Assembly: GCA_009914755.4 (NCBI GenBank)
Contig: CP068257.2
Coordinates: forward strand, 37,792,001-37,856,000
Reading direction: 5' to 3'
DNA length: 64,000 bases
DNA from: the human T2T-CHM13v2.0 reference genome, Homo sapiens
The notes under the pieces were generated by a model. It saw nothing but the letters and a program-made list of their open reading frames with translations, searched no databases and had not been told where the DNA came from. Shown here one piece after another: positions 1 to 16,913 of this stretch. Every line of letters starts with the position of its first letter. Within the stretch, counting starts at the first letter, position 1. Position numbers and translations under genes: made by a program.

Positions 1-229
1 CAAGATTTTAGGTGAATATACTCTTAGACCTAACAACTTCTTCTTAGAACGAACCTACAAAAAATAGACAAGGATAAGTGCAACGATGTTCACTGTGGCG
101 TGGGTTAGTAACAATAAAACCTCCTAAACATCTGCCAAAGGAATAATGGTTAAATAAGGTATGGCACGTGCAGTCTGTGGAATTCCAGGCAGTTATTATA
201 GACAATGAGCTGGATCCATGTGAACTGAT

Positions 230-365
230 GGGGAAGGATGTTCCCACTACAGAATATAAGCACATGAGGGCAGGGTTTTGCATTTGCTTCCTCCTGTCTC
301 CCTAATGCCTAGAACAGTGTCAGACACATAGTGCATGCTCAGAAAGTATTTGTCAAATGAATGGA
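230..365 (+). repeat. MIR SINE fragment (3' end)
   Basis: ctagaacagtgtcagacacatagtgcatgctcagaaagtatttgtcaaatgaatgg resembles MIR 3' consensus tagaacagtgcctggcacatagtaagcgctcaataaatgttgg. Confidence 0.45.
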
Positions 366-1589
366 TACACTTTCTAGGACACTATGAATTAGGACAATGG
401 ACTGAAAAATAAGCAGAAAATTTAAACACACCAGTGACCACAGTGCAACTGCAACTGACGATCAGTTTCCACCAAACTGCAACAGAGAGAGTGGCTTTGC
501 CGGTGAGTTCTGTCAAACTACTGTGTTATTTAAACATTATTTGGCCTTACAACTAAGGTGAGGCCCTTGGGCCTCTACTGAAGGCCCAATGTGTTCAACA
601 AGGGCTCTCCATGCTGCCTAAGGGAACACATCTGATTTGCAGCCCTGAATGAACTCTGGGACTCATTCATCATGCATGTACTTTCCTCAGAAGTTGCTCT
701 TACCCAGCCTTGCGGGGCTGCAGCCAGATCTCCCACGAGTGGTAATGTAACATGAAAACAATGAGCCACATCTTCAAAATTCCAAAGGAAAATGACCCTC
801 AACCTAGAGTTTCCTATCTAGGCAAGTATTAATCAAGTGTAAGGGCAGAATAATGACACTTCCAGATGAGAGGTATACAAATTTACCTTACCTGCACCCA
901 TTTACAAGAAGCTAGTGAAGGTTGTGCTCTTTAAAACATGATGGAATTTACCAAGAAAGAGGAGGACTTGGCTTAGGAAAGAGAAGATCCAGTAGAGAAG
1001 GGGAGTGACAGGAATCTGCAGGAAATGATGAAGGGCAATCCCAGGATGTTAGCTGCACACCAGAGATGAGGAGACAGACTAGGACCCCTGCTCCATTAGA
1101 CCTCCAGGTCCCAAACACCAGGTGAGCCAGGGCCTTGGCCTGTCTTGCCCATGGCTGATGAAGTGTTGTACTCTCTATCAAACCCTGCAGTCTGGGCCAG
1201 CTGAGGACTCTCCTTGGACCCCAAAGAAGCAGTTTGTTTCCACCTACTCCCAAGAGCTGAAGGTAAGCTTTGGTGATCTTAGAATAGGAAAATCTGGGCA
1301 GCCCGTTCTCTTGGCCCTAGCTCTCTTGGGCCTGCCCAGAAGAGCTCTGCCAGATGCCATGGATCTGAGGGTTTTTCTATCTCCCAGGATGATTCAGGAC
1401 CTCACCCACTGATTGGGCCCTTGTATATTCAAGGGAGCTGAAGCTGGGGTCCTTTTTCTGGAAGTCTTTATTCAAAAGTGGTAATATTGCCCTTTGCTCA
1501 GCTGGATTTGAATAATTTGCTACTCAGTTTTTCAAAGCTGAATATATTATTTAAGGATACTATTATGAAATGAATGTTTGTATTCCTTC

Positions 1590-1975
1590 CTCCCAAATTT
1601 CATATGTTGAAGCCGTAACCCCCAGTATGGCTATATTTGGAGACTGGGTCTTTAAGGAAGTAATTAAGGTTAAATGAGATCACAAGGTTGGGGCCTTCAT
1701 GACGGAATTAGTGTCCTTATAAAAAGAAACACTGGAGCACTGGTGCTCTCTCCCCGACTCTCCTCGTGCGAGCACTAAGGAAACGCCACATGAAGACATA
1801 GTGAGAAGCGGGACATCTAAAGCCAGGAAGAGGGCCTTAACTGAAGCCAAATGCCTAGAACCTTGATCTCGGACTTCCTAGCCTCCAGAACCATGAGAAA
1901 ATAAATAAGTGTTGTTTAAACCGGCAGTCTGTGGTATTTTCTTATGGCAGCCCAAGCAGACGAATGTAGCTACAT
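1590..1975 (+). mobile_element. ERVL-MaLR type solo LTR (MLT1-like)
   Basis: begins ...aaatttcatatgttgaagccgtaacccccagtatgg...gggccttcatgacggaattagtgtccttataaaaag and ends ...ctccagaaccatgagaaaataaataagtgttgtttaaaccggcagtctgtggtattttcttatggcagccc, the characteristic termini of MaLR LTRs. Confidence 0.5.
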
Positions 1976-2120
1976 ATAAAGACAGGGAGCTGTGAGGGAA
2001 AGCAAGGGAATGACTGGCCTAAAACCCAAGACGGTGGTGGTTTCTGGTGGGCAGGGCGAGGGGATATGATTGTGAAGGGCCCAAGGGTGTTCCAAGGAGT
2101 ACTCATCCACTGTTTCTTAA

Positions 2121-2477
<357 letters not shown>

Positions 2478-2495
2478 TGTTTTATGTGTGCTTTA

Positions 2496-2768
<273 letters not shown>

Positions 2769-2815
2769 TCACATAGAACAAGTGACTGTAGCCTATTTTT
2801 GTTAAGACATGTTTA

Positions 2816-2968
<153 letters not shown>

Positions 2969-3427
2969 TTATATGTAAGAAACATATTTTACATTTGGAT
3001 ACAATATTGATTTTAAACATAAAATAACTTTTATGCAATGTAATAATAAAGTATACTAAGTATTTTCTAAATATTCAATATATATATAAGCATTTGTTAG
3101 TTTCCTGTTTTTCCCTCCAGGGCCCTTGCTTTGTCTTACTTTGGGCCTCACAGTGTTTGAGTATAAAACAAGTAGGTGTTAGGATAAGACATTGTTGCTG
3201 TTGGAGGACAAGGCTGTCCTTTGTGGATGGGATTCAGCAAGGTAGACGTGTAATTGTGAGAGGCCAGGCCACCGAGCTATCCTGTGGCGGAGCTCTTGAT
3301 TATCAGTGGTTAGACTGTCCATGCTGAAGCGCATGACCACTAAATCTAGACTGCACTTTCCTGAAAAGTGAAGGAAATTATATCATTTAAACAACCCCTC
3401 GGTTGATTCATTGTCTCTATTATTCTA

Positions 3428-3521
3428 GATTATAAGCCAGAAGCAAACAAAGGCAGGCAAGGAAATTTGAGGTTGTTGCATCTGGAAGTAAACATGTAGC
3501 TACTTCTTCTAATAAAACAGA
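3428..3521 (+). other. candidate non-coding cassette exon on plus strand (antisense to LCA5L)
   Basis: polypyrimidine tract and TAG acceptor ttgtctctattattcTAG|att followed 94 nt later by consensus donor acagAG|GTGAGTat; stop codons in all three frames. Confidence 0.25.
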
Positions 3522-4294
3522 GGTGAGTATTCCTATGGTACTTCTGAGTCGAATCTGTTGCTGGGAGATTTTGGGGGGAAAGCAGTGCACGTGCTCTTGA
3601 AGAAAAGAAGACCTCACCAATGAGAGGTATACACTAATGATAGTGGCATCAATATAGATGAATCTCAAAAACACTATGCTGAACAAAAGCAGCCAGATAC
3701 AAAAGGGTGCAGCTGTGGGATTCCACTTACATGAAATTCTAGAACAGACAACCTAGGCTATTGTGACCAAAGGAAAGTCAGTGGTTGCCTCGGGTGAGGT
3801 AGGGGACTACTGACTGCAGGGGACACGAGGAAACTTCCTGGGGAGGTGGAAATATTCAATATCTTGATTGGGGTGGTGGCTCCATCGGTATAAACATCTG
3901 TCAAAACCCACTGAGCTGCGTGCACACTTAAAATGGATGCATTTTATTGAGGTCAAGTATACCCCAATAAAGTTCATTTTGAAAAGCCATACACTGGCTA
4001 ACAGATACACTTAGAAAGTTCACTTTTTGGCAGACATTTTGCTTCAAGCTGAAGTTATCCTTTTGCTCCACCTGAAGAAAGGACATAAAGGGGTGTGCTG
4101 AGGATGGGAGAACGGGAAAGCATTTCTATTCCTTGCTAGCCATGTCACCATCTCAGTCTCGTTATTCTTCTAGAATCACAAAATGTATTTTAATGCCTAA
4201 TGAAGTGATTTTTGAAAATATCCATTATTTTGTCTATATAAATTAGGAAAATCTGACTAGATACTTAAAAATAGATTTTGAGCAAAAGTAATTA

Positions 4295-4387
<93 letters not shown>

Positions 4388-7291
4388 CTAAAAAGAACCA
4401 CAAAACCAATTTTTCTATAAATGCTTGCTTTTGTCAACCCTGATTTCTTTTAAAAACAATTTAAATGAGCTCAGTATCCTATGAATAAAATCTGTAGATT
4501 TTAGAAGAAACAGAAATAGGCCATATCATCCTATACCATTCCTGACATCGAAAAGTACTAGCTCTTTAAACAAAGTGACACATTATTGTGATCGGGACAG
4601 TATTTTTGAAGAGCCTTGCAGGTCAGCTTGTCCACTGTTTTCCTTCTGTCCTGTGGGCCTTGAAGTTTATGAAATATTCTTCTGTACTGTGCATTACAGT
4701 AGCCACTAACTATATGTTGTGATTTCATTTAAATGAAAGTAAAACTAAAATTTAGGTCGTCAGCCACACTATTTGTATTTCCAATAGGCGGTCAGCAGCT
4801 GTGTGTGACTAGTGACTACAGTATTGGATGGCACAGGTGAACATTTCCACCATCTAATAGAAAGTTCTATGAGACAGGGCTACGTCTAGACAAGGGCCAG
4901 GGGGGAAGCCTAGAACAAGGGTATCATTGTTCCATTTTAAATTTCATATTGATTTTTTTGAGTCTTGGAAAAACAGACATTTTGAAACCTTAACTTGTTG
5001 AGGAACAAAGAAAGGGTTTTTATTAAATATCAAATGCTCCTTCTTACATGTACACCAGGAGGCAAGAAAGGCTTTGGACTCAAGACCATTGAATTTTAGT
5101 AACAACCATGGTTAAGAGAGGTGGGCATATATGAAGTAAGGAGGAAGGAACCCAGGGATGTCAGAGTGTGACAGACGTGCATGTGCACACACACACACAC
5201 ACACGGGGGGTGGGGCGGGGAGAGAGAGCTCTTGTCTCCTTGTGCCCCTTAGGGTCAAATCTATGGGCCAAGGGATATTCAGGGGGTGAGAAACATCTCT
5301 GAGGTTTGGGAAAGTCTCAGTGCAAGAGGCCTTGGCGTGGTCCAGGAAAATTGCAAGCCCCTTAAAAAGCGCCTCCCCCGCCGCCCCATTCATCATGGAG
5401 CTAAAGTAACATGGTATTGCCCAAGTGTAAGTTAGAAAGGGCTAAATACCCTCTCTAGGCCAGAGATTGTGCTTCCCTTACCCTTGCAACCAGTGGGACC
5501 TGTGGAGGGAGCTGCACCTGCCCTGGAGTCCTTAAGGTTACAGATCCAGGTGCTCCCATAGCACAGGCTTTGCAACAGAGAATCTAGCCAGGGATCAGAT
5601 GGAGGATGCATCTCAGAGCATTTGCATCAACAGTCAGCAGGGGACGATCACCAGGATTTATTTGACCAGACTGAGAAGAGGCCAGGAGTTTTAGCAGCCA
5701 CATTCAGTACACATCAGACAGGGTCCTGGGAATTTGATTTAAGACTAGTCACTCGTCAGGAGAACCAGCTCTAGAGAGGGGCCAGAGGGCAGAACACAGA
5801 CCAGAGGCCTCTTTTTCACTCCACCAAGAGTACACATATGTTTTCTCTCATGCCCAGGATGCCATCTCCACTGAGACAGAAGATAGGGATGAGGAAAAAG
5901 TCTGCAAGTCTAAGAGACAACCTAGCATAAGACTGTTTTGAGTTAGAAGAGACTGAGACAAGCTTTTATCCATTTCTTCTTGTCCAACTGCCATCCTCAT
6001 CCCTAATTTGTGGGACTGGGGCTCATAAGGAAGTATGGCTTAGTTACAGAAAATAAAGAACATGACATATTTTTGTACCTGAATTGTACAGTGTAAATTT
6101 TCTACTCATTTGAATCATAAAATTAGTTTATTATCAGAGGTACACAAAGGGATAAAACATGAGAATATTAATCTTTTCTAGAATTTAAGTTTCTGGAGGC
6201 AAAAATGTTAACAGTTCATCTCTCTTTTCTTATTGTGGTAACAGCCAAAAGAACAGTAAATGCTGACAGTTCATCACCATGAAAAGTTGATCAGGTGTAT
6301 TCTGGATAATAGCTTTCAGATGAAGGATACTGTGTAAAACATTTTAGAATGAGTTTTCATCCACACTGGTTAGGAAACATTTTCATGTTTACAGGGACAC
6401 ATTTTGATTACCTGAAAAATTCAGTTCTATCTTTTGATTTGGTCTGGACACCTGGAGGTCAGCAACCGAGAGCAGGAAGGAGGCACAGCAACAACAGAAC
6501 AACAACAAGAGGCTGCGACAGGGGCGGCGTGGGTCAAAAGGAAGCAACCTGGAGGACGGTCCTCCTTGCGGCTTGGAGCAGAGCTTCAGGTTGGGCACCA
6601 CGACAGAGCTGGGCCAGAAGTCTAACACAGCCTGTTTGGAACACAACCCGGGATACTTGTGTGGTTGGGTTCAGTCAGTCAAGGGAAACAAGAAGCTAAC
6701 CCGTGGCTGGGAGTGTTCATGCAATGCTCGTGGAATACTCAGCGCAAAGCCTGCCCGCAAGCACAAAGGGTATCAAGGAAGAGTTAAATGGGAAGTTGGG
6801 TCATGGTGTGGAATCATATTAAGGTCAGCATTGATGGCTTCCGGAACTTAGATAGAAAGCAGTGTCTTAATGCAGGAGTGTGACCGTAGCCTGGGTGTAA
6901 GACGGGTGGCAGTACCTCACGTGGGAGCTGTGGAAGGCTGACATCCCTCTTCTTACTTCGGCTCATACTGCAGAAGTAGGCCTAGAACTCGGTGTGGGAT
7001 GACTTTGAAAATGAGTTTCAAAGTAAAGAAACGAACTTTTGACCTTTGGGACCAGACTCTTCCAAGCTCAAACAATGACTTTCGTTAATGTGGCAGACTG
7101 TATTTTCCTAGAATTCCCACGACAAGATTTCTAGTCCTATATGCTCTTCAACAACCTCGTGACTCGCTACCAAAAGGTGGAGTTCACTGCTTGAACTGCC
7201 TAGGACTGCCCTGACAAATGCTGTGAGGCAGAAGTGATGCTGCGTGACTGCCAAGGCTAGGTCATAAAAGGCAGTACTGCATCTGTCTGGT

Positions 7292-7292
<1 letters not shown>

Positions 7293-7372
<80 letters not shown>
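7293..7372. repeat. compound dinucleotide microsatellite (CT)~15(GT)~24
   Basis: ctctctct... run 7293-7324 immediately followed by gtgtgtgt... run 7325-7372. Confidence 0.95.
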
Positions 7373-7373
<1 letters not shown>

Positions 7374-7505
7374 TGTGCATATTTTACTTTGTGATTGTCT
7401 ATGTTTGGTTTCATTAATCTACAAAAAAGAAAAACCCCTTTTTATCTTCCAGAAATTCTTTGTTAGATCTGGTAGTTTTGGTATTCCTTTCTGGGATTCT
7501 GGATT

Positions 7506-7783
7506 ATTTTATTTATTTTTAGAGACAAGAGTCTCTCTCTGTTGCCCAGGCTGGAGTGCAGTGGCGCCATCACTAAAGCCTCTAACTCCTGGGCTCGAGA
7601 TCTTCTGCCTCAGCCTCTGGAGTAGCTGGGATTACAGGCTTGTGCCACCATGCCCAGATAATTTCTAAATTTTTTTGTAGAGACAGGCTTTGTTCTGTTG
7701 CCTTGGCTGGTCTTGACTTCTTGGGCTCAAAAGATCCTTCTGCCTCAACTTCCCAAAAAATGATGTAAGCCACCATGCCTGGC
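7506..7783 (-). mobile_element. Alu SINE
   Basis: T-rich start, gagacaagagtctctctctgttgcccaggctggagtgcagtggcgcc ... gatgtaagccaccatgcctggc. Confidence 0.9.
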
Positions 7784-9626
7784 TTGGAGTGTTATTTTAA
7801 AAATAACATTTTCTGTCATTTCCATGGGGCTTTGGCAGGGAGGGACAAAAAGCATGTGTTGAGGCCACCTTCTTGATCTAGCCATTTCTACTCTTTTAAA
7901 AATGCATAAAATATGTAATTTCAAAAGCATTTTTCCCTTTGAAACTTTATTATACAAATTAAAATATATAAAAAAATAAAAGTAGAATAGTACAGTAAAC
8001 CTCCATGAGCCCATGAACCAGCTTTACTAATGAACAACTCATGTGCTGTTTCCCACTCTCTCTGACGACTCCCCAGCCCTGGCTTATTTGAAGCAAATCT
8101 AGACCTCTAATAACTTATTTCAGTATCTGTAGCAAACAAGGGTATCCCTTTTAAAACCTAACTGCAGTATCTTCATTCCACTTCCCCCAATCAATAATTC
8201 CTTCACATAATCAAATATCCAGTTTGTTTAACATTTTCCCCATTTTCTATAGTTTTTAAAAGGTTTGTTTGAATTAGAATCTAAACAAGGTTCAAAACAC
8301 TGCGACTGATTAATATATCTCTTACTGTCTTTTAATCTATAGATTCTCACTCTCACCTCTTATTTTTTCTGCTTTGCTATTTAATCGTAGAAATGGGGGT
8401 ATCTGTAATGCAGTTTCCCACAGTCTCATGCTGCTGACTGCATCCCATCCTGAGCATGTTCCTCTCCCCTCTTCTTTTTTCAATTGGTAGGTAGAGCCCA
8501 GTCTGTAACTAGGTTTAGGTTCGGTTCGTTGGCATGAGTAGGTGGTGGTGTGTACCTCTGTCAGGAAGCGCGTATCTCTTATGTGATACTAGGAGCCACT
8601 GATGATCATTGATTAGAGCCACTAATTCATTAGGAGTTTCCAAAATAGTGACAATTCTAATCCTGTCATTCCTTCTTCATTATTGAGTGGAATGCTTTTA
8701 TAAGGAGGATCTTACCCCCTCACAAACGATTTGGTTACTCTGAGGAGTCATTCATACAGGGAAGGTAAAAATGTTTGCTTCTTGTCCTCTACTAACCAGT
8801 CTTCAAGACAGCATGCTGTTCCCTAGTATCCTCCACAAGTGACTCATCGCTGAGGTGTTTAGTCTTTTAAGTATCATTATGAAGTGCGGATTCATTTGAT
8901 AAGTTTTAACCTGGGCAGTTATCTTTATTGATCCTCAAATATCCCCATCTTTGGCCAGTAAGAACCTATTCTAGATGGGCCTGAGTCCTTTTGATACTAC
9001 CCTAATGGTCCTTAATAGTTTATTTGCTTTTGTATGACAATACGTTCCAGGTTCATCTAGTGTATTTCCTGCACCAGACCTAGAATTTTTTTAGGGAGCC
9101 TTGGTTTGTTTCAGTGGGATATGGAACTTACAGACCATAATCTGGGTGCTGGAGGTGTTCATTGCTCCTGGTTACTCTGAGAATATTGCATACTTTCACT
9201 TCAGATCAAAATCAGGACTATAGGATTTTTATTTGACTCTATCTTACTTCTGTATTTTTTTTTGTCCATCCCCCAAATCCCAGTTCTCAATGACAACACC
9301 ATAATCTATCAGGAGCTTTATCCCATAAGATACACACAACATTCTCAAAACAACAACATCAACATCATTACCAACTATATCATTACTAAACAGTGTAAGA
9401 TTTTTTTGTAAAGTTATTTGTGTCCTTACAGTGTATCTCACTGGCCATATGCAATGACATTATGTGTTTTAAGTCACTTGGAATGGCTTCTTTCTGTGGC
9501 TTTGTGCCACCAATAGGATACAGTCAGCGTTCCCTGTCTGCAGGTTCTGCATCCCGCGGTTACAAAGGGCTAACTGTATACACATTTGGGTTCATCTGCA
9601 TTTTACTTTGGATATTTAGGGATAGC

Positions 9627-9953
<327 letters not shown>

Positions 9954-10142
9954 TAATTCTGCTTTGTACTTATGGAAATATTTTCATGGTTCCATAAAGA
10001 TATTCATGAAATCTAGGTTCTAGAGCTGTCCCTTCTACTCGATTCTCTCTTTTTCTGCTGTTATCCTATTACTGGTTTATTTTTTAAATGTAGGCAAATA
10101 GATGGATATATTTCTATTGCTTCCTTTATCTTAAATAGGATT

Positions 10143-10845
<703 letters not shown>

Positions 10846-11080
10846 ATATTACAGTTTCGTTTGCCTTCCTTTCTTCACTTACCAGTGTATCCTAGAGATT
10901 ATTCCATAGTAGTACATCAAGATTCTTCATTGCTGTTTACAGATATATAGATATCCATTGTGTGGAGGTACATTTAATTTTCTTTTTAAAAATAAATTTG
11001 GATCTTACTGTATATAGAATTTTCTATCTTTTCATTAAGCATTTCATTAAGTATTAAGCATTTCTCTGTTAAAAATGGTT

Positions 11081-11391
<311 letters not shown>

Positions 11392-11834
11392 AGAAATGGT
11401 TTTTTAATGGCTGCATGTTATTCATATTCATATGTCTGCATGAGGAAGCATAAAATTTATTTTAAAATTCCCCAATTGTGTCTCCATATGTGTGTGTGTT
11501 TGCTGTGACCAGGGGATCTTGAAGTCTCTTCTGTTAGATTTCTCAGCTAGCTGCAATAGCCATGCCTATGTTCTATGTATTCTTTTTGAAGTTTCCTGGA
11601 ACTCCACAGAAAAAAGGAACTCTTTTTTCTTCTTTACAAAGGGAAAATTTTCTTTCTTTCATCCTCCAAATCCCAGTTCTCAATGATACCAACATAATTC
11701 ATCAGATGAATTATCCAACTCGTCCAGCTCCGCCCCAACTCCTCACCCCCCACTATTCTTCTCCTGTCTCTGAGTCATCTCAAGGCTCCTGGAAAATCTA
11801 AATTGCCTAATTGTCACAAAAAAGTTAAAGATCA

Positions 11835-12150
11835 GGCTGGGTGTGGTGGCTCACACCTGTAATCCTAACACTTTGGAAGGCCAAGGCAGGAGGATTGCTT
11901 GAGCCCAGGAGTTTGAGACCAGCCTGGGCAACACAGCGAGACCCCGTCTCTACAAAAATTTTAAAAATTAGCTGGGTATGGTGGCATGTACCTGTGATCC
12001 CAGCTACTTGGGAGGCCGAGGTGGGAAGATCACTTTAGCCCAGGAGTTCGAGGCTGCAGTGAGCCAGGATGGTGCCACCGCATTCTAGTCTGGGCAACAG
12101 AGCAAGACCCTGTTCAAAAAAAAAAAAAAAAAAAAAAGAAAAAAGAAAGA
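11835..12150 (+). mobile_element. Alu SINE (older, AluJ/S-like) with A-rich tail
   Basis: ggctgggtgtggtggctcacacctgtaatcctaacactttggaaggccaaggcagg ... agcaagaccctgttcaaaaaaaaaaaaaaaaaaaaaagaaaaaagaaagaaagg. Confidence 0.9.
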
Positions 12151-12154
12151 AAGG

Positions 12155-12335
12155 GAAATTATTGATATAGTGCTAAATTTCTTATGTTAATATCCTAGCC
12201 CCCATAGTGATACTTTTACGACGTGGGCCTTTTGGGAGGTGATTAGGTCACAAGGGCAGAATCCTTGTGAATGGGATTTGTGCCCTTGTAAAAGAGGCCT
12301 AAAGGAGCTCATTTTTGCCTTCCTTAAAAATAAAA
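12155..12335 (+). mobile_element. 5' fragment of a MaLR (MLT1-like) LTR abutting the Alu tail
   Basis: ttcttatgttaatatcctagcccccatagtgatacttttacgacgtgggccttttgggaggtgattaggtcacaagggcagaatccttgtgaatgggatttgtgcccttgtaaaagaggcc matches the 5' region of the LTR family seen intact at 1590-1975. Confidence 0.45.
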
Positions 12336-12834
12336 AAGTTAAAGATCCTTGTCTTAAAGAATCAAGCTTAAGATTTATTAGTTGAGGCTTGAAACAGTGT
12401 ATTTCTTAAGCATCTTATCTAAATTGTTGGACATTTTACCAATCTTGAAGGCAGAAAGATAGCAAAAAGCCTGACAAAATATTTTAAAAATTCTTATTTT
12501 TAAAGCAGTATACATATTTTTAAGACAGTTTTTCAAACACATTTGTAAGTAAAACTAAGATAAATTTATGAGTCATTAAAATTTATCTTAAATATTATGT
12601 TTTTAAACGTTAATTTTGAGTTACATTAAAATGTTAACAAACGCTGTATTACTTAACGTGATGAAATAGGAATGCTAACAAGAAGCCTTGTTAATGAATA
12701 GAGTTTCTATTTTTCTAATGACAGTACACATTCGCCAAGCTGTTAACTCATTCTAATAATTGCAGATCCTTTGTCTGTTCATATGATTGTAGAGAAAATA
12801 TCTGAGAAAGATATTAATGAAGTTACATAATTTA

Positions 12835-13143
<309 letters not shown>

Positions 13144-13229
13144 GATAAACAGAACTGTGGATGGGGGCCCAGGCCCCCTACAAAGGGTAGAGGAGCCTTA
13201 TATATGTATGTAAAATAAAAAATCACTTA

Positions 13230-13544
<315 letters not shown>

Positions 13545-13696
13545 TCAATACAATTTTAGTGAATGACTTATACAGGGGACATATATTGGAATGAAGTATA
13601 ACCGAAAGAAAGACCCCAAATCCCAGATCCCAGCTCTAGAGAACAAATATCACACGTTTGGAGCCTGTTTTTTACATACTCTAAAATTTGATTTAA

Positions 13697-13991
<295 letters not shown>

Positions 13992-15548
13992 GATTTAAAC
14001 ATTCTGACCAGATCCTGAAAATCAGTAGACATCATGGATGGGCATTCCCAGACAACAGAAACTGAATGTTATAAAAGGGACTCAAACCACCACATCCATC
14101 CACACTGATGGACTGTAAGACAATGAAATGACTGATTTAACTCAATAACCATCCATAAATATATTCATCTGCTCTCTGGAATGAGAACTATTTTATTGGA
14201 GAACTGTTAGATCTGGACTTGACAGAAAGCTTACCAAAAGGACCACTTTTCTTTGTTTTAACATAAAGTAGGACCTCCTCCATTATAACAGCAGTACTTT
14301 CCCAAACAGGAAAAGTGGAAGACATGGAAAGCTACAAGGGGAAAGAATCACTAAAAATACCACTCCCTAAAACATTAATGTTAAAGAAATAACATGTTTT
14401 GGTCCACAAAACAGTTTTCCTCCACTAAATGCCTACAACCAAACAAATTTCTCATACTTGGTAAGTGCTTTTTGTATCAAAGAAAATAGTTATGGAATTT
14501 GTTTTGGTTTTATGTATAGATATAAAAACATGAACAACTTAGATACATACATGAAAACAGATTTGCTTTTACATGACAGACATACGCTAAGATGAATACA
14601 ATATTACCTAAAAGGCCCAATAATATCACTTTGGTATACAAGAGTGAAAATTGAGGTTGCTCATTATTTTCTGTAGATCACATATTAATTTCATGTGAAA
14701 AAAATTTATTGGAAAATAGGGAATTTTAACAACAGAAGAAATAACTGAGATTAAAACGTGGAGGAAACGAACCTGATATTTACTTACTTCAAGATCATAG
14801 AAAATACTCGTGTTTCAGCATCAAATATTACAGAATTAAATCCTAAATTAATTCCATTTATGTTTATGTCTATACAGACTCAAACTAGCTAATGTAAGAT
14901 ATGCAGGAGAATTCTTAATATGATATCAATGCCTTCTCCCAAGTCATCCCTTATAATGTAATCCCCAGGCTTTTGACAACCAAGTGCTGTTGAGGAAAAT
15001 CAATCCAGTCATCTCTTTAATTATTTTAATTCCTTTTCCTTCCCTACTACCCAGGAACATTATCTGGGAAAAGCTGCTATTTTGAAAATAACTACAAATG
15101 TCTGTGTGGTAATTCCTGGCCAAAATGGTGAGGGAGAATACAAAGGCCCTGAACGGATGCACTGAGTAGGTTTTTAGGGAAGTAGCCTTTTAATCAACAG
15201 TTTAAGGTAGAGGGTTGACTTCAAAGAGAGGTTTCACGTAACACAATGCAATCTTTTCAGCACAGGGAAAAAGTCCCTTAGCACTGTAGCTGTGCTCTCT
15301 TAGAGAATGGTCATTTCCAGATAAACCAGTCCAGCCACAGAGTGAACTCTTGTGCACTGCAACAGATGAACATTTCTAGTTTGAGCTGCTTCTGTTTTTC
15401 CTTCAAACCACTCCCTTTCTGTGCCCTCTATTAGACAACATAATTATTTAGTGCAGCACGCCAAGTGAAGCAGTTAGTAATGCTTTGTTACAGAGGGGGC
15501 GCATCCATGATTAATTCACACCCTCTCTCTATTAACTTTGGAATCTTA

Positions 15549-16112
<564 letters not shown>

Positions 16113-16473
16113 TTATTACTAGTAAAATATACAGATATGCAAATATGCACATATGCATAATCTCTCTCCCATGCCCCCATGCACACACACCACACACATA
16201 CACACAAGCGTAAGTGTAACTAGAAGGGGACAAAACTATCATTTAATGAATACCCATGCTTTAGGCTAGGTACTTTATATATAACTACCTCATTTAATAC
16301 AATTCTTTAAGATCAGTTGTAATATATTTTATAGCTGGAGATTTTACATCATTTGTCCAAGATTACATAGCCACGAAGTGACACAGAATGGATTGAAAAC
16401 CAGGTCTTCTTTGACTCTAAAATCTGTACTTAGATTTCTATTATAACAGCTAGACTAAAAGCTGTGATAATAG

Positions 16474-16913
<440 letters not shown>

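Noticed and set aside
3420-3686. 88-aa minus-strand ORF as a possible additional LCA5L exon (GILTSVLLEEVATCLLPDATTSNFLACLCLLLAYNLE)
   Set aside because: There is no resemblance to LCA5 and no convincing acceptor/donor pair in the LCA5L frame. It more likely reflects the plus-strand candidate exon at 3428-3521. An LCA5L exon probably exists between 2681 and 4303, but I could not place it.
5181-5220. (CA)11 followed by G-run ggggggtggggcgggg as a possible G-quadruplex
   Set aside because: There are only three short G-tracts with one long one, and it lies mid-intron, so the G4 potential is marginal. I noted it but did not report it as a feature.
6349-6851. Four overlapping ORFs (92-116 aa) on both strands at 6349-6851
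   Set aside because: Overlap in several frames and on both strands indicates a stop-poor GC-rich composition rather than coding. I kept the region only as a compositional oddity in the findings.
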